A stretch of DNA of 64,000 nucleotides from Lama guanicoe (taxonomy: Eukaryota). The DNA is taken from assembly GCA_013239625.1 (NCBI GenBank), contig MU054212.1, positions 9,782,898 to 9,846,897 on the forward strand. Direction: 5' to 3'. The notes beneath the pieces are model-generated. The model was not told the origin of the DNA. It worked only from the letters and a program-made list of their open reading frames with translations, and searched no databases. Position numbers and translations under genes: made by a program. Below, piece by piece: positions 24,401 to 34,840 of the stretch; the first letter of the stretch is position 1, and each line of letters begins with the position of its first letter.

Positions 24401-27400
24401 CTGTTCTCTAGAAAATTTGAAGAATAAAAGAGAAATAAATAAAAAGTGAGATGGAAGAAGAATTAGACTAGTAGGTGACCTGGTTCCTTCTCCAGGGGAG
24501 AAAAATTCTATAGAGAGGGGCAAAATTACTCCTCACCTCACTTCTGTTGCTACCTGGGGAGTCTGCCTCTCTCTTCTTTAATCAATAGCACAGTGTTTTT
24601 CTCTTTGGAGCTTGAAAAAACAATCTTTCTCCAAGTGCTTGTAACGGGGGAGAAAAGGAGACTGAGTTAGCCAGGAGAGTTTGCATTAAACTGGGTTTTC
24701 TTCCTAAGGTATTGTTTCTTAAAATTGTTCTGGTCTTTTTTTTTTTTTTTTCCTTTTTTCACTGCTTTCTCTGTCTGGCACCTAGTTCTCCCCCTGCCCA
24801 TTTGCTTTTTGGTCTCCAGGGTGTGAATTTACCTTTACAGTAATTACCCCAGTTTACAACTGCTATTTGCTGCCTCCCCAACCCAGGTCTTTCTCTGATA
24901 CGGCTGGGTTTGCTCCACAGCACCCACCCACTCCCTCCTCCACAGACTCCCAATTTGACTGGAGTAATTGCCTTTTAAGGTTCACTCTACGCATGACAGG
25001 TATGCCATTAACCCTTAGAACTCTTTCCTTCATCAGTTACCTGAAATGGAAGGTGGCCAACAAATATATACCCACCTGAATTCTTATGCACTTACTTAAA
25101 TTTTTACTTTATTTTTTTTCTTCTTCTTCTTTTAACCAATAACATACATATTCCATCCACACTGGAAGCCAGTATCTTGTCAAATCTCTCAATTGTGTCC
25201 AGTATAATTCATTAGAAGTTAGAAATTCAAGAAGGGGAAAGAAAAAGCCACAAATATACCCTAAAACTAGGCTTAACAAAGGCACGTTTCCATCCCTAGC
25301 CTCATGTTGCAATTTAGAGTTGGGGAAAATCAAGAAGCCAAACGCAACCCTCATTCTTCAAGCCTCATCATGCTTTTTGACTTAACAGTAATTAATCACC
25401 AATGGCAAGCGAGTAATTTTTTAAGGTGGCTGGAGGCTTATTTTATCAGGATTAGCTAATAAATCAGGCTGTATCACTGAAGGAGGAGTTCAAACTCTTC
25501 TAGGACTGAATAAACCAAACCTCGGAAACTGTCTCATTTATTCAGCTCTCTTGGAGCTTCCAGGCACTGTTAGGGAGATTGTGGCCCAACCTCGCCTATA
25601 AAAATCTGAGGGATAGAGAGGAAGGAAGTTTCACAGAGAAAAAATATATGCTCAGGCTCTGAAGGGTGAGCTTCAACAACGAGGCACCCAGCATTCCAAA
25701 GCCAACGGGCCTGCCTGCCCCTGACTGAGCCAGTTCAGGGAATGAATTCTTCAGAAAATGAAGTTCTTCTTGTCCTAGGAATCCTGACCAGATATGTGTG
25801 TGTATATATATGATATGATACATAGGATATGATACATAAGATGCAACTATATCATCACCTTCTCCACCTTCCTGATGCAAATGGTGATAATGCTACTTCT
25901 TTGCTATAATACAAAAAACATCAGAAACAGAGTGATGATACCAGCAAGGGGTCATGAGAAGAAACCAATGAATATTGTTTAACATTATCTTCATTTGAAA
26001 TAAAAAAAGCAAATAAAGTACTCCAACCCAGATCTCATAGAAAGCTCAGCTCTTCACAACTGTCTTTTTGCCTCTAGTGGGTTCTGATTTTTTTAAACTT
26101 TAAAATCTCAAATCCCCCCAAGAACTGATCATTAAGGTGGGCAAAGGATTCCCCTACCTATGCTTTTTTATTTTCATTGCTGCTATTTTAAAACCTGGGG
26201 ACATATTAGAATGACAAAGGTCTGATAAAAATCTTGATTAGCTCCTAGGGAGCTTGATTGGAAAGGGAAAAACTACAGAGATATGGTTGACTTGAGAGGG
26301 AGGGTGAAAAAAAGGAAAACAAACAGTATTTCGGAGACTGCCTCCCCATTCCACCTTTCCAGTTTCTCTTCTGAAAAGACAGACATTTTCTCCATATTGA
26401 ATAAAGGTTGGTTTCTCTCTCCATTACAGCCCCCACCCTCACCCCACCCCAACAAACCCAGTATATTTCCATTCTGCTGTGTTTTTGTGCTACTCAACAT
26501 GCCATTAACTTTAAGATTTACTCCTCAGCAGGCAAGCTGGAAGATGCTAAAGCCAATAAAAACTGCTCTCTGGGACTCCAACTATGAAGAGTTTGGAGCT
26601 CTGCTTAGTATTCGGATGAAGGGAGGGCTGGAGACGGAGGGAGGCTGTGATAGTGAAAACACTGCTGCTTAGAGAACCAGACAGCTCTGCGTTCTGCACC
26701 TAATGTGCCGGAGGATCAGCTCTGTTCATAGCCCATTTGTGGCCAAGGATGAGGCTGCTCTCTGTGTGTGGGTGGGTGTGCGTTTGCGTGTGTGTGTTTT
26801 CATATTTAAAACCACCAGCTCTAACACAGCATCTTCAGCGGCTATCCACACTACTGTTTATTAAAAACGGAACGTCCATACACATCCCTTACAACTTCCT
26901 TAGCCCGGTGCTCCTTCTCTGCCTGATAATCAATCTCTCTCAGAAAGCATTTAACTTGCCCACACAGCTCCAGCCCCGATTAATCCCCGCTGTACATCCT
27001 ATACATTACTGTTAGGGAGCAAGTACTGGGCTAATTTCGTCACCCACCAGACACCCACACACGTTCTACAACTGAACACGTTTGGGGCTCTGCCTTAAAG
27101 ATAATAAAACAAGGAGAAAACAGGCAGGCTGCAGACAATCCCCATGACCACTTTCCTAAAAAGTTGCTGGGTTTTAATTCTTTGATCATTCTGTTTCCCC
27201 CTCCTCCAAGCACTCACTAGCAATGATTGCTTCAAGGAACAGAAATAATGTACTATAAACCTCTCTGCATGGTGAGTTTGGGATGATTTAGGATACACCC
27301 TTCAAAATGCATACCTTTCATACACAGATTTTCCCCAAAGCTCTGCTTTTCCTGAGAGGGGGATCATTGAAGCTTCCCTGACCCCCCCACTCCACCCAAG

Positions 27401-27650
27401 GGATGGCTGATTCCTTGTTAATTCTTGCCTTAGGTTTTGTCCCTCCTTCCTTCAAACATCCGACACCCCCCGCACACACACCACAACCGGATTACTGAGG
27501 CACACAGCTCGGCAGGGACAGTTTACTGCTAAATTAATAGCGAAATAAAAATATCTCTTTGAATTTGTCACCTCTCTTCTTTTTAGACGGCTGCGCTCCT
27601 GCTACTCTGGCCCGGAGCGGAGGAGGAGAAGACCGTCTCCTCTTAGTATT

Positions 27651-27677
27651 TTCAGCACCACGGCGATGGACAGCACC
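27651..27677 (+). promoter_or_regulatory. Non-canonical RE1/NRSE (REST binding site) with 8-bp spacer
   Basis: TTCAGCACC-acggcgat-GGACAGCACC. Both half sites match the RE1 consensus TTCAGCACC-nn-GGACAGCGCC, with one mismatch in the right half. Confidence 0.75.
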
Positions 27678-28073
27678 CTAGGTCCCGGCCGGCGGAGAGC
27701 CCGCCAGTCTGCTCTGCGTCCCGGACTCGGCCGGTGCAGCCGTCCCTATCCCAATCTCTCAAGTCGCTGTACCAAAAAATCCAAACCCCGTTCTCCCTCG
27801 ATCCTCTCTCTCTTTCTCTTCTTCTGCTCCCCCTGCTCTCCCCCACGGCACCGTGTCTATTAGCTCCTTGACCAAAACCCAGCCTTGCCCCAGCGAGCAG
27901 CTCCCCACGCACCCCAGTCCTGGTCTCCGCTGCCCGAGCGCCTCACTCCTCGGCGTCCGCCTGAGGCTCCCTCTCGCGCCGTCTCCCGCTCGTTCGCTCG
28001 TCGCCGGCCGGCCGGCCGGCCCGCCCGCCCGCTCCTTCTCCCCGGCAAAGTTGGGAGGGAAAGGTGCACTCAC

Positions 28074-28359
28074 CTTTGTGCATGCCTGTGAACCTGTCCT
28101 TCAGAACCGTAAGCTCGTAGATCTTGCCGAACTCCTCGAAGAGGGGTTTGAGGTCCTTCTCATCCAGGTTGCGGGGGATCTGCCCAATGAACAGCTTGAT
28201 GGCATCGTGGTCCTTCATGGGAATGGTCGACGGGTTCCCCGGGCTGTGGCTTAATCCGTTCATGTGCCCGGCGCTGCCAGGGCTGCTGCCGAGCCCGTTG
28301 GTACTGAGGCTCGCGTTGTCAGCCTGTCCGTTTGCTAACGTGGCCATCTTTATATACAT
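28074..28359 (-). CDS. CELF4: CELF4 first coding exon (N-terminus and start of RRM1); gene continues beyond the left edge of the window
   Basis: Translation [96 protein letters not shown] matches the CELF4 N-terminus as I recall it, with RNP2 motif LFIGQI. ATG at 28359-28357. Canonical donor AAAG|GTGAGT at 28074/28073 (phase 1, 286 nt). Confidence 0.96.
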
Positions 28360-28760
28360 AGAGAAAATCTTCTTTCCTTTTATTCTTTCTCGCTCTCACT
28401 CTCGCTCCTCTCCCTCGCAAGCTCGCTCGCGCTCACACACGCACACGCATACACACACTCGGGTTCTCTCCCCCTCGGTTTCTCTACACGTCGCTCTCCT
28501 CTCGCTCTCTGCTCTCTCTCTTTCTCCTCTCTTCCCTCGCTCGCTCGCGCTCGCGCTCTCTCTCCTCTCCCCCCTCCCTCTCTTCTCTCTCTCTCTCTTT
28601 CGATCTGATCTGATTTTTTTCTTTTCTTTTTTTCTTTCTTTCCTCCTCTTCTTCTTCTTCTTCTCTCTGTCTTTTTTTTTTTTTTTTTACCGTTTAAACA
28701 GGCTGGACCGGCTCAAGTTCCCGGTCAGACCAGGGGTGGGGGCGGCGAGTGTGCGCGCGC
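28360..28760 (-). other. CELF4: Probable CELF4 5' UTR (GA-rich and UG-rich leader); TSS position uncertain
   Basis: Purine-rich tract on the minus strand directly upstream of the ATG, leading into the GC-rich promoter. The 5' boundary is a guess. Confidence 0.6.
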
Positions 28761-28930
28761 GGAGGAGTGGGGCGCGGGGCTGGGAGTGGGTGAGATTCGG
28801 GAGGGGGGGCTCCGCGCGGCGGCGGGCGGCGGCCGGGAGCAGGGCGTCGTGGGGCGGCGCCGGCCCCGCCGCGCCTCCCCCGTCGGCGGCCCCGGCGAGT
28901 GGCGGTGGTACAGTCCGAGACGGCCCCCGG

Positions 28931-28940
28931 CTATAAATAG
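28931..28940. promoter_or_regulatory. MEF2 consensus site / TATA-like element
   Basis: CTATAAATAG = CTA(A/T)4TAG, an isolated AT island in very GC-rich promoter DNA. Confidence 0.55.
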
Positions 28941-30954
28941 CGCCAGGCGCATGGCTCTTCGGGAGGCGCTGAGATTCCGGGCCCGGCGGCCGCGGGGAGC
29001 GGGTTCCTGTTAGGAACCGGGCTGCTGGGCTCCTCTTTGCCTTTTGGGGGTTCTTTTTGTATCAGCAGCAGGTTCAACTCTTTGTATTTTAAAAACATTG
29101 ATTTTCATTTTCGTGTGGGTATGTAGGGGGACGTTATCCACCGATACGCGCTCTATTAGGGCGCCAGGCGGGCGAAGCAAAGGCAGGGATGGCGGGCGGG
29201 GCGGCGGCGAAGGTGGAATGGGCGCTTTTTTCTCCCATCTGGTTCCATTTATTTATTTATTTAGACTAGAAAAAGCGAGCCGGCTTGGAGGAAGTCCGCC
29301 CAGCGATCCGAGTGCGCATTGATCAGTGTCGAGAGAAAAAAAGCTACATAAATATATATTATGTGGATAAATCTATAGACAAGAGCTCTCTCTCGCGCGC
29401 GCGCTCTCTCCGTCTCTCTGCTTTTTCCCTCCTCGCGTCCCCAACCTGCCAGAGCAGTCCCAAATCTTCGCCTCCCTCACGGCGTCTACCGCCACCCGAG
29501 CCACCTGGGAGGACGGGTCTGAGGAGCAGATGGGCAGCTCTGAGGGGACGGGGCATAGAGATTCGAGGCCTGACCCTCGTCCCAGCCCGCCTGCGAAGGC
29601 TGGAGGTGGGTGTTTCCGTCCCGGACGGCCTCCCGGCCCCGAAGCGCGGCGGCTGGACCCGCAGGCGGCTGGCGGGAGGAAGGTAGGAGCCGGGCTCCTC
29701 GGCCCGCTCGCCCTGCAGCGACGGACGGAGGCAGGTTCTGGGCGCGGTGGCCGGTGAGCTAGTGCAAAGGACTGGCTTGATTTTGCCCTTGTCTCCTTTA
29801 CTGGTTCAAATTGGGAAAAAAAATATTTTTTTTTCTAAATCCACCATCAAAGAAATAAAGCCTCCGAATCGCTCTCCGGGCTCTGGCCGGACCCAGGCTC
29901 CAGACTCCAGCTGTGTGCGCTGTCCCCTCGGGCTTCGTTTGCAGCACCTCCCGCTCCAGAAGTGCGAGGCTAGGAGTCGCGTCTGCAGGCGAGAGCCAAG
30001 GGTCCCGCCGCCCGGTCCCGCACTCCGCCAGATTCCCCCGCAGGCCCGCCGGGGCCAGAACGTCGGCTGCGCGGGAGAGGGAGTGGCTGGCGCGGGAGCC
30101 GGGTTCAAACAGCCCCGCCCCTGGGGGCGAATGCTATAGTGAACTTGGCTTGGGAGAGCTAATTTTCCTTTTAGCGATATTTACCTGCACCCCATCCTTT
30201 CCCGCATTTGCTTTTCCAGGGCAGCCTCTGCTCGGCTTCAGAAGCCAGGCAAATTAAAATAAGGCTCCAGCTCCCTTGCATGTTGCGGGGCAAAGCTGCT
30301 GGCCTGACCCTGGCCGGGTGACCACCGGCCCCTGTTGGGTGTTCTGGGTTTCTCTCTTCCTGCCCTGGGATTGCGTGAGGTTACTAGATGATATGTTTAA
30401 AATTTTATTTAAGGAAATGAGACCCCAGCTGCCTGAAAACCGAGACCAAGCCCCTTTGGTACAACCACAACGCCGAGCTCTCCAGCGCCAGGAGGAAGCC
30501 AGAGGAGGCCCTGAGTTTCAGCCCTGAGCCCACCCGGGGCACCTCTTCCTGAGGATCCAGGGCCCAAACCAAACAGCAAGTACAATTCTGAGAACCATGG
30601 AACTTCGTCCTTTCATTTTAAGATACTCCTGCCTTTGACGGAATCGTGTGTAAGTATAGTTGATTCATAACTCGGTCCAGGGCTTACATTATCCAGTGTT
30701 ATATGATGGTCAAAGAAACACCCAAGTTTAGGGAATCGAACAGAAACTCACACATAGAGAGAGCCTCTCTGCCACGTGTCTGTGGTCTTGGTGTGCCTGG
30801 GAAGAACTGTGATCAGGTGGAAGGCAGGCACATGGATTGTTTGAGCTGGTGGCTTGGAGGTGTGTGCAAATGTCTTGTCAGGATGCTGGGGGCTTATGTG
30901 GATGCAGTGTGGATGTGTACATAGACCCCCGTGTATGTACACTCTGCCAATGTG

Positions 30955-30980
30955 GTGTGTGTGTGTGTGTGTGTGTGTGT
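30955..30980. repeat. (TG)n microsatellite
   Basis: Direct reading. Confidence 0.95.
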
Positions 30981-33900
30981 ACACCCACCATGCTGAACCC
31001 TCCCCCTCCCCTTTCCCTCAGGACACGTCAGCAGAGGCCAATAACTTTGTTCAAAACATCTAGAACATCATCTTGGGGCACTGACACTTACTTCCCAGGA
31101 TCTCACAGTGGAGAGGAATATAGTTTCTGCCATAACAGGGGAGTTTAGGAGAGTAATTTCTCCTTCAGGTCTCTTTTTCTCCCTGCCCCCTACCCCCCAA
31201 AGCCATGTGAGAACAAGAGGAAATGAAGAAAGAGAGCTGAGGGGTGGTGCTGACGAAGGAGGGACCTGCACAGGGGAGGGAGGATGAGGTTCCCCAGCCA
31301 CTGCTTTCAGACACCACCCCAGCCCCTCCCCACAAGGTCCAAGTAAATTATTCACAGGTGTTTCCTTATTCATATTATTATTAATAGTAGCCAGTACATA
31401 CAAAAAAGGCAGTCCTGGGCAGGAGTGAGTGGGAGAGTGCAGTTGTTAGTGAAAGGGGGCATCTGGTTAATTCAGATGCCTGCAAAACCTCCTTCATAGG
31501 GTATGGGTCTAACTCTCTCCAGGGAAGTGCCTTGGGCCCCTGCACCAGGATCCCCTCCCTGTGTCTCACCACATATAGACCCACAGCTATGACAAGGTTC
31601 TACTTCCTTTGGGGGAGATTCCTCACTCTCCCCTCTCTCCGACTTGAGGATGACTTATTTTGGATCTAGGTTGTCTCTCCTTCCAAGTAACGCTTTTCTT
31701 ACCTCTGTAGGTGTGTGGTCAAATACCCCACCTCCCCCCAGCTTGCGGGGCAGAAACGGCAGCTGCCCAGGTTTACGCTCTGAAAGCCGCAGTGCGGGCT
31801 CGCTGAGGCTCCAGTCTCTGCCACAGTTGAGTGTTAGGAATAGAATAACATACACAGGTCTCTCAACATAAGGCCAAGAGGTGCTGGAACCCTGAGAAGA
31901 CAGTGAGGAGCACGGTTAGGTTGGCACTTCGGTCTCCTTGCCCTTGATAGTCCAGAAAGACACGAGTTAAATATTTTTTAACCTTAGATCATCAAAGAGA
32001 AATGTAATTAGGGGAAGATGGGAGCAAAGTATTACTCACTGTGACATTTAAACAGATTTAAAACTTTCTCCCAAAGTGCCACTTCATGGCCACGATGATT
32101 CCATCCACCGAGAGGGAGAAGGCTGGCCAGTGGCCGTCGGGGCTGGGAACAATGGCTTCTCATTTGCTCTCTGCATCTGGGGTTTACAATTTGTTGCTGA
32201 TTCATTTTTAAGGGTGTAACGAGCCCCACATGGTGGGATCTCTGCTCAGGTGGTGTAGTTGTGAGAGCCTCTCCATTGCTACCTGCCCTTCCCTTCCCTT
32301 TTCCTCTCTTCCTCAAGGAGGGAGGAGGCCCTCTTTGTGCTCCGCTTCCCTCCAGCTGAGCCACCATCACTCCCTTCCCTCTGGTACCCAGTGAACCACA
32401 TCCCGCAGCCTTGGCCATGGCCCCATCCCCTCAGACCTGTTCTGGCTCTCCTGCCTGTGAATCTCTCTGTGTCTAGACTTTGAACTGGTGGAGGGCACGG
32501 GCTAAGTAACCCGGCCCCTCTTCTCCTCTGCAGCCACCTTGACAGGCGTGGGCATACAGTAGATGCTCAGGATGGAGTTTCTAGACACCAGTTTCTAATC
32601 TGACTTTGAGGGTCCGTGCTGTATTCATTCAGATGGACTCTAAGGATGGGGAGCTGCAGGGTCCCAGGCAGACTCTCCCAGAAGGAATTCAGAGTCCAGG
32701 ATGAGAACAAGCAGTTTAGAACCCACACAGCAGCTTGGCTTAGAGGTACCACCACTCACTCATTCTTGCATTGATCCAGCCCTTCCAGCCTCCCACTGGA
32801 AGCAGCAGAGAAAGGACAGGCCTGGGAACAACCCGGCTGTCTCAGTGGAGAGACCAAAGTCACACAAGTGGAAAGGGGAGCAGCAAACAGCAGCAGACGG
32901 TTAAATGTCCTCCAGGGCTGAGGAGTTCCACATCCGCCTGCGAGAAAGCAGACAACGTGTGATGATCTGTGATGGAGGTAGCAGCTTTGAGGAGACAGGA
33001 GCCCTGCTGAAGGCAGGATGCAGAAGTGGGTAGGTGGCCAGAGACCTGGGTGATGGCTGGGCCTCAGGGCCAGGAAGGCAAGAAGCATCTGGTTCTCTAA
33101 GGTTTTGTTGAGAACAAGCTGAAAAACATAGCTGTGATCTGCGCGGGGCTCCCCTAAAAGAGACCAGACTTCCAATTAAAGTCTTTCTGGAGTGACTGCT
33201 CTGCCCAGCCCTGCAGAGGGCAGTGAGCGGAGGCTGGAGGCGGGGTGGGGAGAGACTCGCTTGCTGTAGAGAGCTCATGTGTTGTTTGGGCAGAGAGCGA
33301 CTCAGAGATCTGAGTGACCACACAAGGGCCCAAACCAACCAAGGGGTAGGGTGAAAGGTGCTGGAGATTTGTGCCGTGGGACCCCCAGAGAAGTGGCTCG
33401 TGTGGGCAGCGGCACCCAGGGGAGGCTGTCTGGTGGAGAGAGCTCTGCTCTGACCCTGCAGGAAGGGGTGGGGCGGCGTGGGAAGAGAGGAGAGAGGTGG
33501 AGGCAGTGGGCTCTCCAGTGATGGTGAGGAGGAGGAGGCTCCTGCGTGGAGGTGGGTAGGGTGGGCAAGAAGGGGCTTTGAAGGCAGCCTCGGAAGTCTG
33601 TTTCTCCTCTTCTCCACAGTCCCAGGGCTTCTCTGTCCTTGAATAATTTGGGAAGGTTTAGTGATATAAGGAAAAATAATTGAGGTGGGTTAAGAAGAGA
33701 AGAACAGTGCTTGCCTTCTTTCAGTTAATTAGCAGCCTCCTGCCACCCAGAGCGCACGGTGCAAGGGCTCCCCTGTGCTGTCCAGAGCCCACAGCAGGCC
33801 TGGCTGGGGGAGCAGGCCCTTAGGGGGAGGCTGCTGTGTGCTTTGAGAAACCCAGACGCTCCCCAGAAGGGACTGGGCTGCCTCCTGGGGCTCAGACAAG

Positions 33901-34171
33901 TGCCAGGGCTGGTGAGGGAGGGGCCCCCGGGCCTGTTTCTTGGCTGACTGCACCTGAGAGACACATGGCCTTGGTCTTGTGGAGGGAGCTTCTGGGCCCT
34001 GGGCAACAGTGGGAACCGCTCTGGGGAGCATCTGGGCCTTTAGGTCAGCATGGATGTGCCCTCTAGACTGCTGTTCCAGGCTGTCATGCCACCCTGGGCT
34101 TTGCCTCACTTTTGCTGAAGGTGGGCAGGAAGTGGGAAGGCAGGATAAAGGGATCTAGAGTGGCAGCCCGA

Positions 34172-34269
34172 GCATCCTGCGTCCTGCGTCCTGCGTCCTG
34201 CATCCTGCGTTCTGCGTCCTGCGTCCTGCATCCTGCGCCCTGCGTCCTGCATCCTGTGTCCTGCATCCT
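34172..34269. repeat. 7-bp minisatellite, 14 units of GC(G/A)TCCT
   Basis: Read directly: gcatcct gcgtcct gcgtcct gcgtcct gcatcct gcgttct ... gtgtcct gcatcct. Confidence 0.95.
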
Positions 34270-34689
34270 GCGTGTGGGGCTGGGTGAGCTTGAACTCACG
34301 GGGAGGCACCTGAGTCATGGCTTTCCTGGGTCTCAGCTTTCTCCTCTGTAACATGAAGACTGGTCCTTTCTTGCCCCTCCTTCCCTTCCTCACATCACAT
34401 CCAAGAAGGTGAGACAGTGATGTAGCTGAGAAGCCGACTCCCGGTTCTCATGCAAAAGTTACTAAGGTGAGAGTAGGGACTGAGGGTCAAAATGGGCTAC
34501 AAAAGGGTGTAAATAAAGTTAACTTATTTGAACCGAAAGGTTAGGAATTTAACTCTTTATTTTTCACAGAGAATTTACATTTTTTAAAAAGGAGCCAGCC
34601 AGGGCCAGGCAGCGCTCAGTCCACCAGAAGCAGGCGCCTGCCGCTGCTTTTAGGCAAAGCTGGCTTCTCGGCTGGCCTCTCCCGCTTGC

Positions 34690-34840
34690 TAACTCTGTGA
34701 CCTTGGACAGGCTCTTTAATCTCTCTGCGGCTCAGGTCCTCGTTTGTAAACTAGGAAGAGGAAGAGCTACCCCGCAGAGTCGTCGTGAGGATTAAATGGG
34801 TAGATGCGGGTGAAGTGGGTAGACCAGCGTCTGGCCAGCC
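34690..34840 (+). mobile_element. MIR SINE
   Basis: ctgtgaccttggacagg...ctcaggtcctcgtttgtaaa...gtcgtgaggattaaatg. Confidence 0.7.

Larger units (their letters stand above)
1..28073 (-). other. CELF4: CELF4 intron 1 (partial; runs off the left edge)
   Basis: Begins at GTGAGT donor. No exon encoding the expected RRM1 continuation (RNP1, GCAFLTYC-like) recognised in 1-28073. Confidence 0.85.
27590..30150. promoter_or_regulatory. CpG island / CELF4 promoter
   Basis: Very high CpG density (cgcg, ggcggcgg and ccgccc GC boxes) spanning exon 1 and ~1.8 kb upstream, against CpG-poorer flanks. Confidence 0.9.

Noticed and set aside
27943..28073. C-terminal part of the 138-aa ORF ([11 protein letters not shown]...)
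   Set aside because: Read-through past the GTGAGT donor into intron 1; CELF4 similarity stops at MHKG.
28124..28936. 270-aa plus-strand ORF antisense to CELF4 exon 1
   Set aside because: Shadow of the coding exon plus stop-poor pyrimidine and GC tracts; low-complexity translation (poly-F, SL and HT repeats).
34084..34393. ORFs with QDAGRRT / ASCVL repeats; superficially array-like repeat
   Set aside because: Translation of the 7-bp minisatellite; no spacers, so neither a CRISPR array nor a repeat protein.
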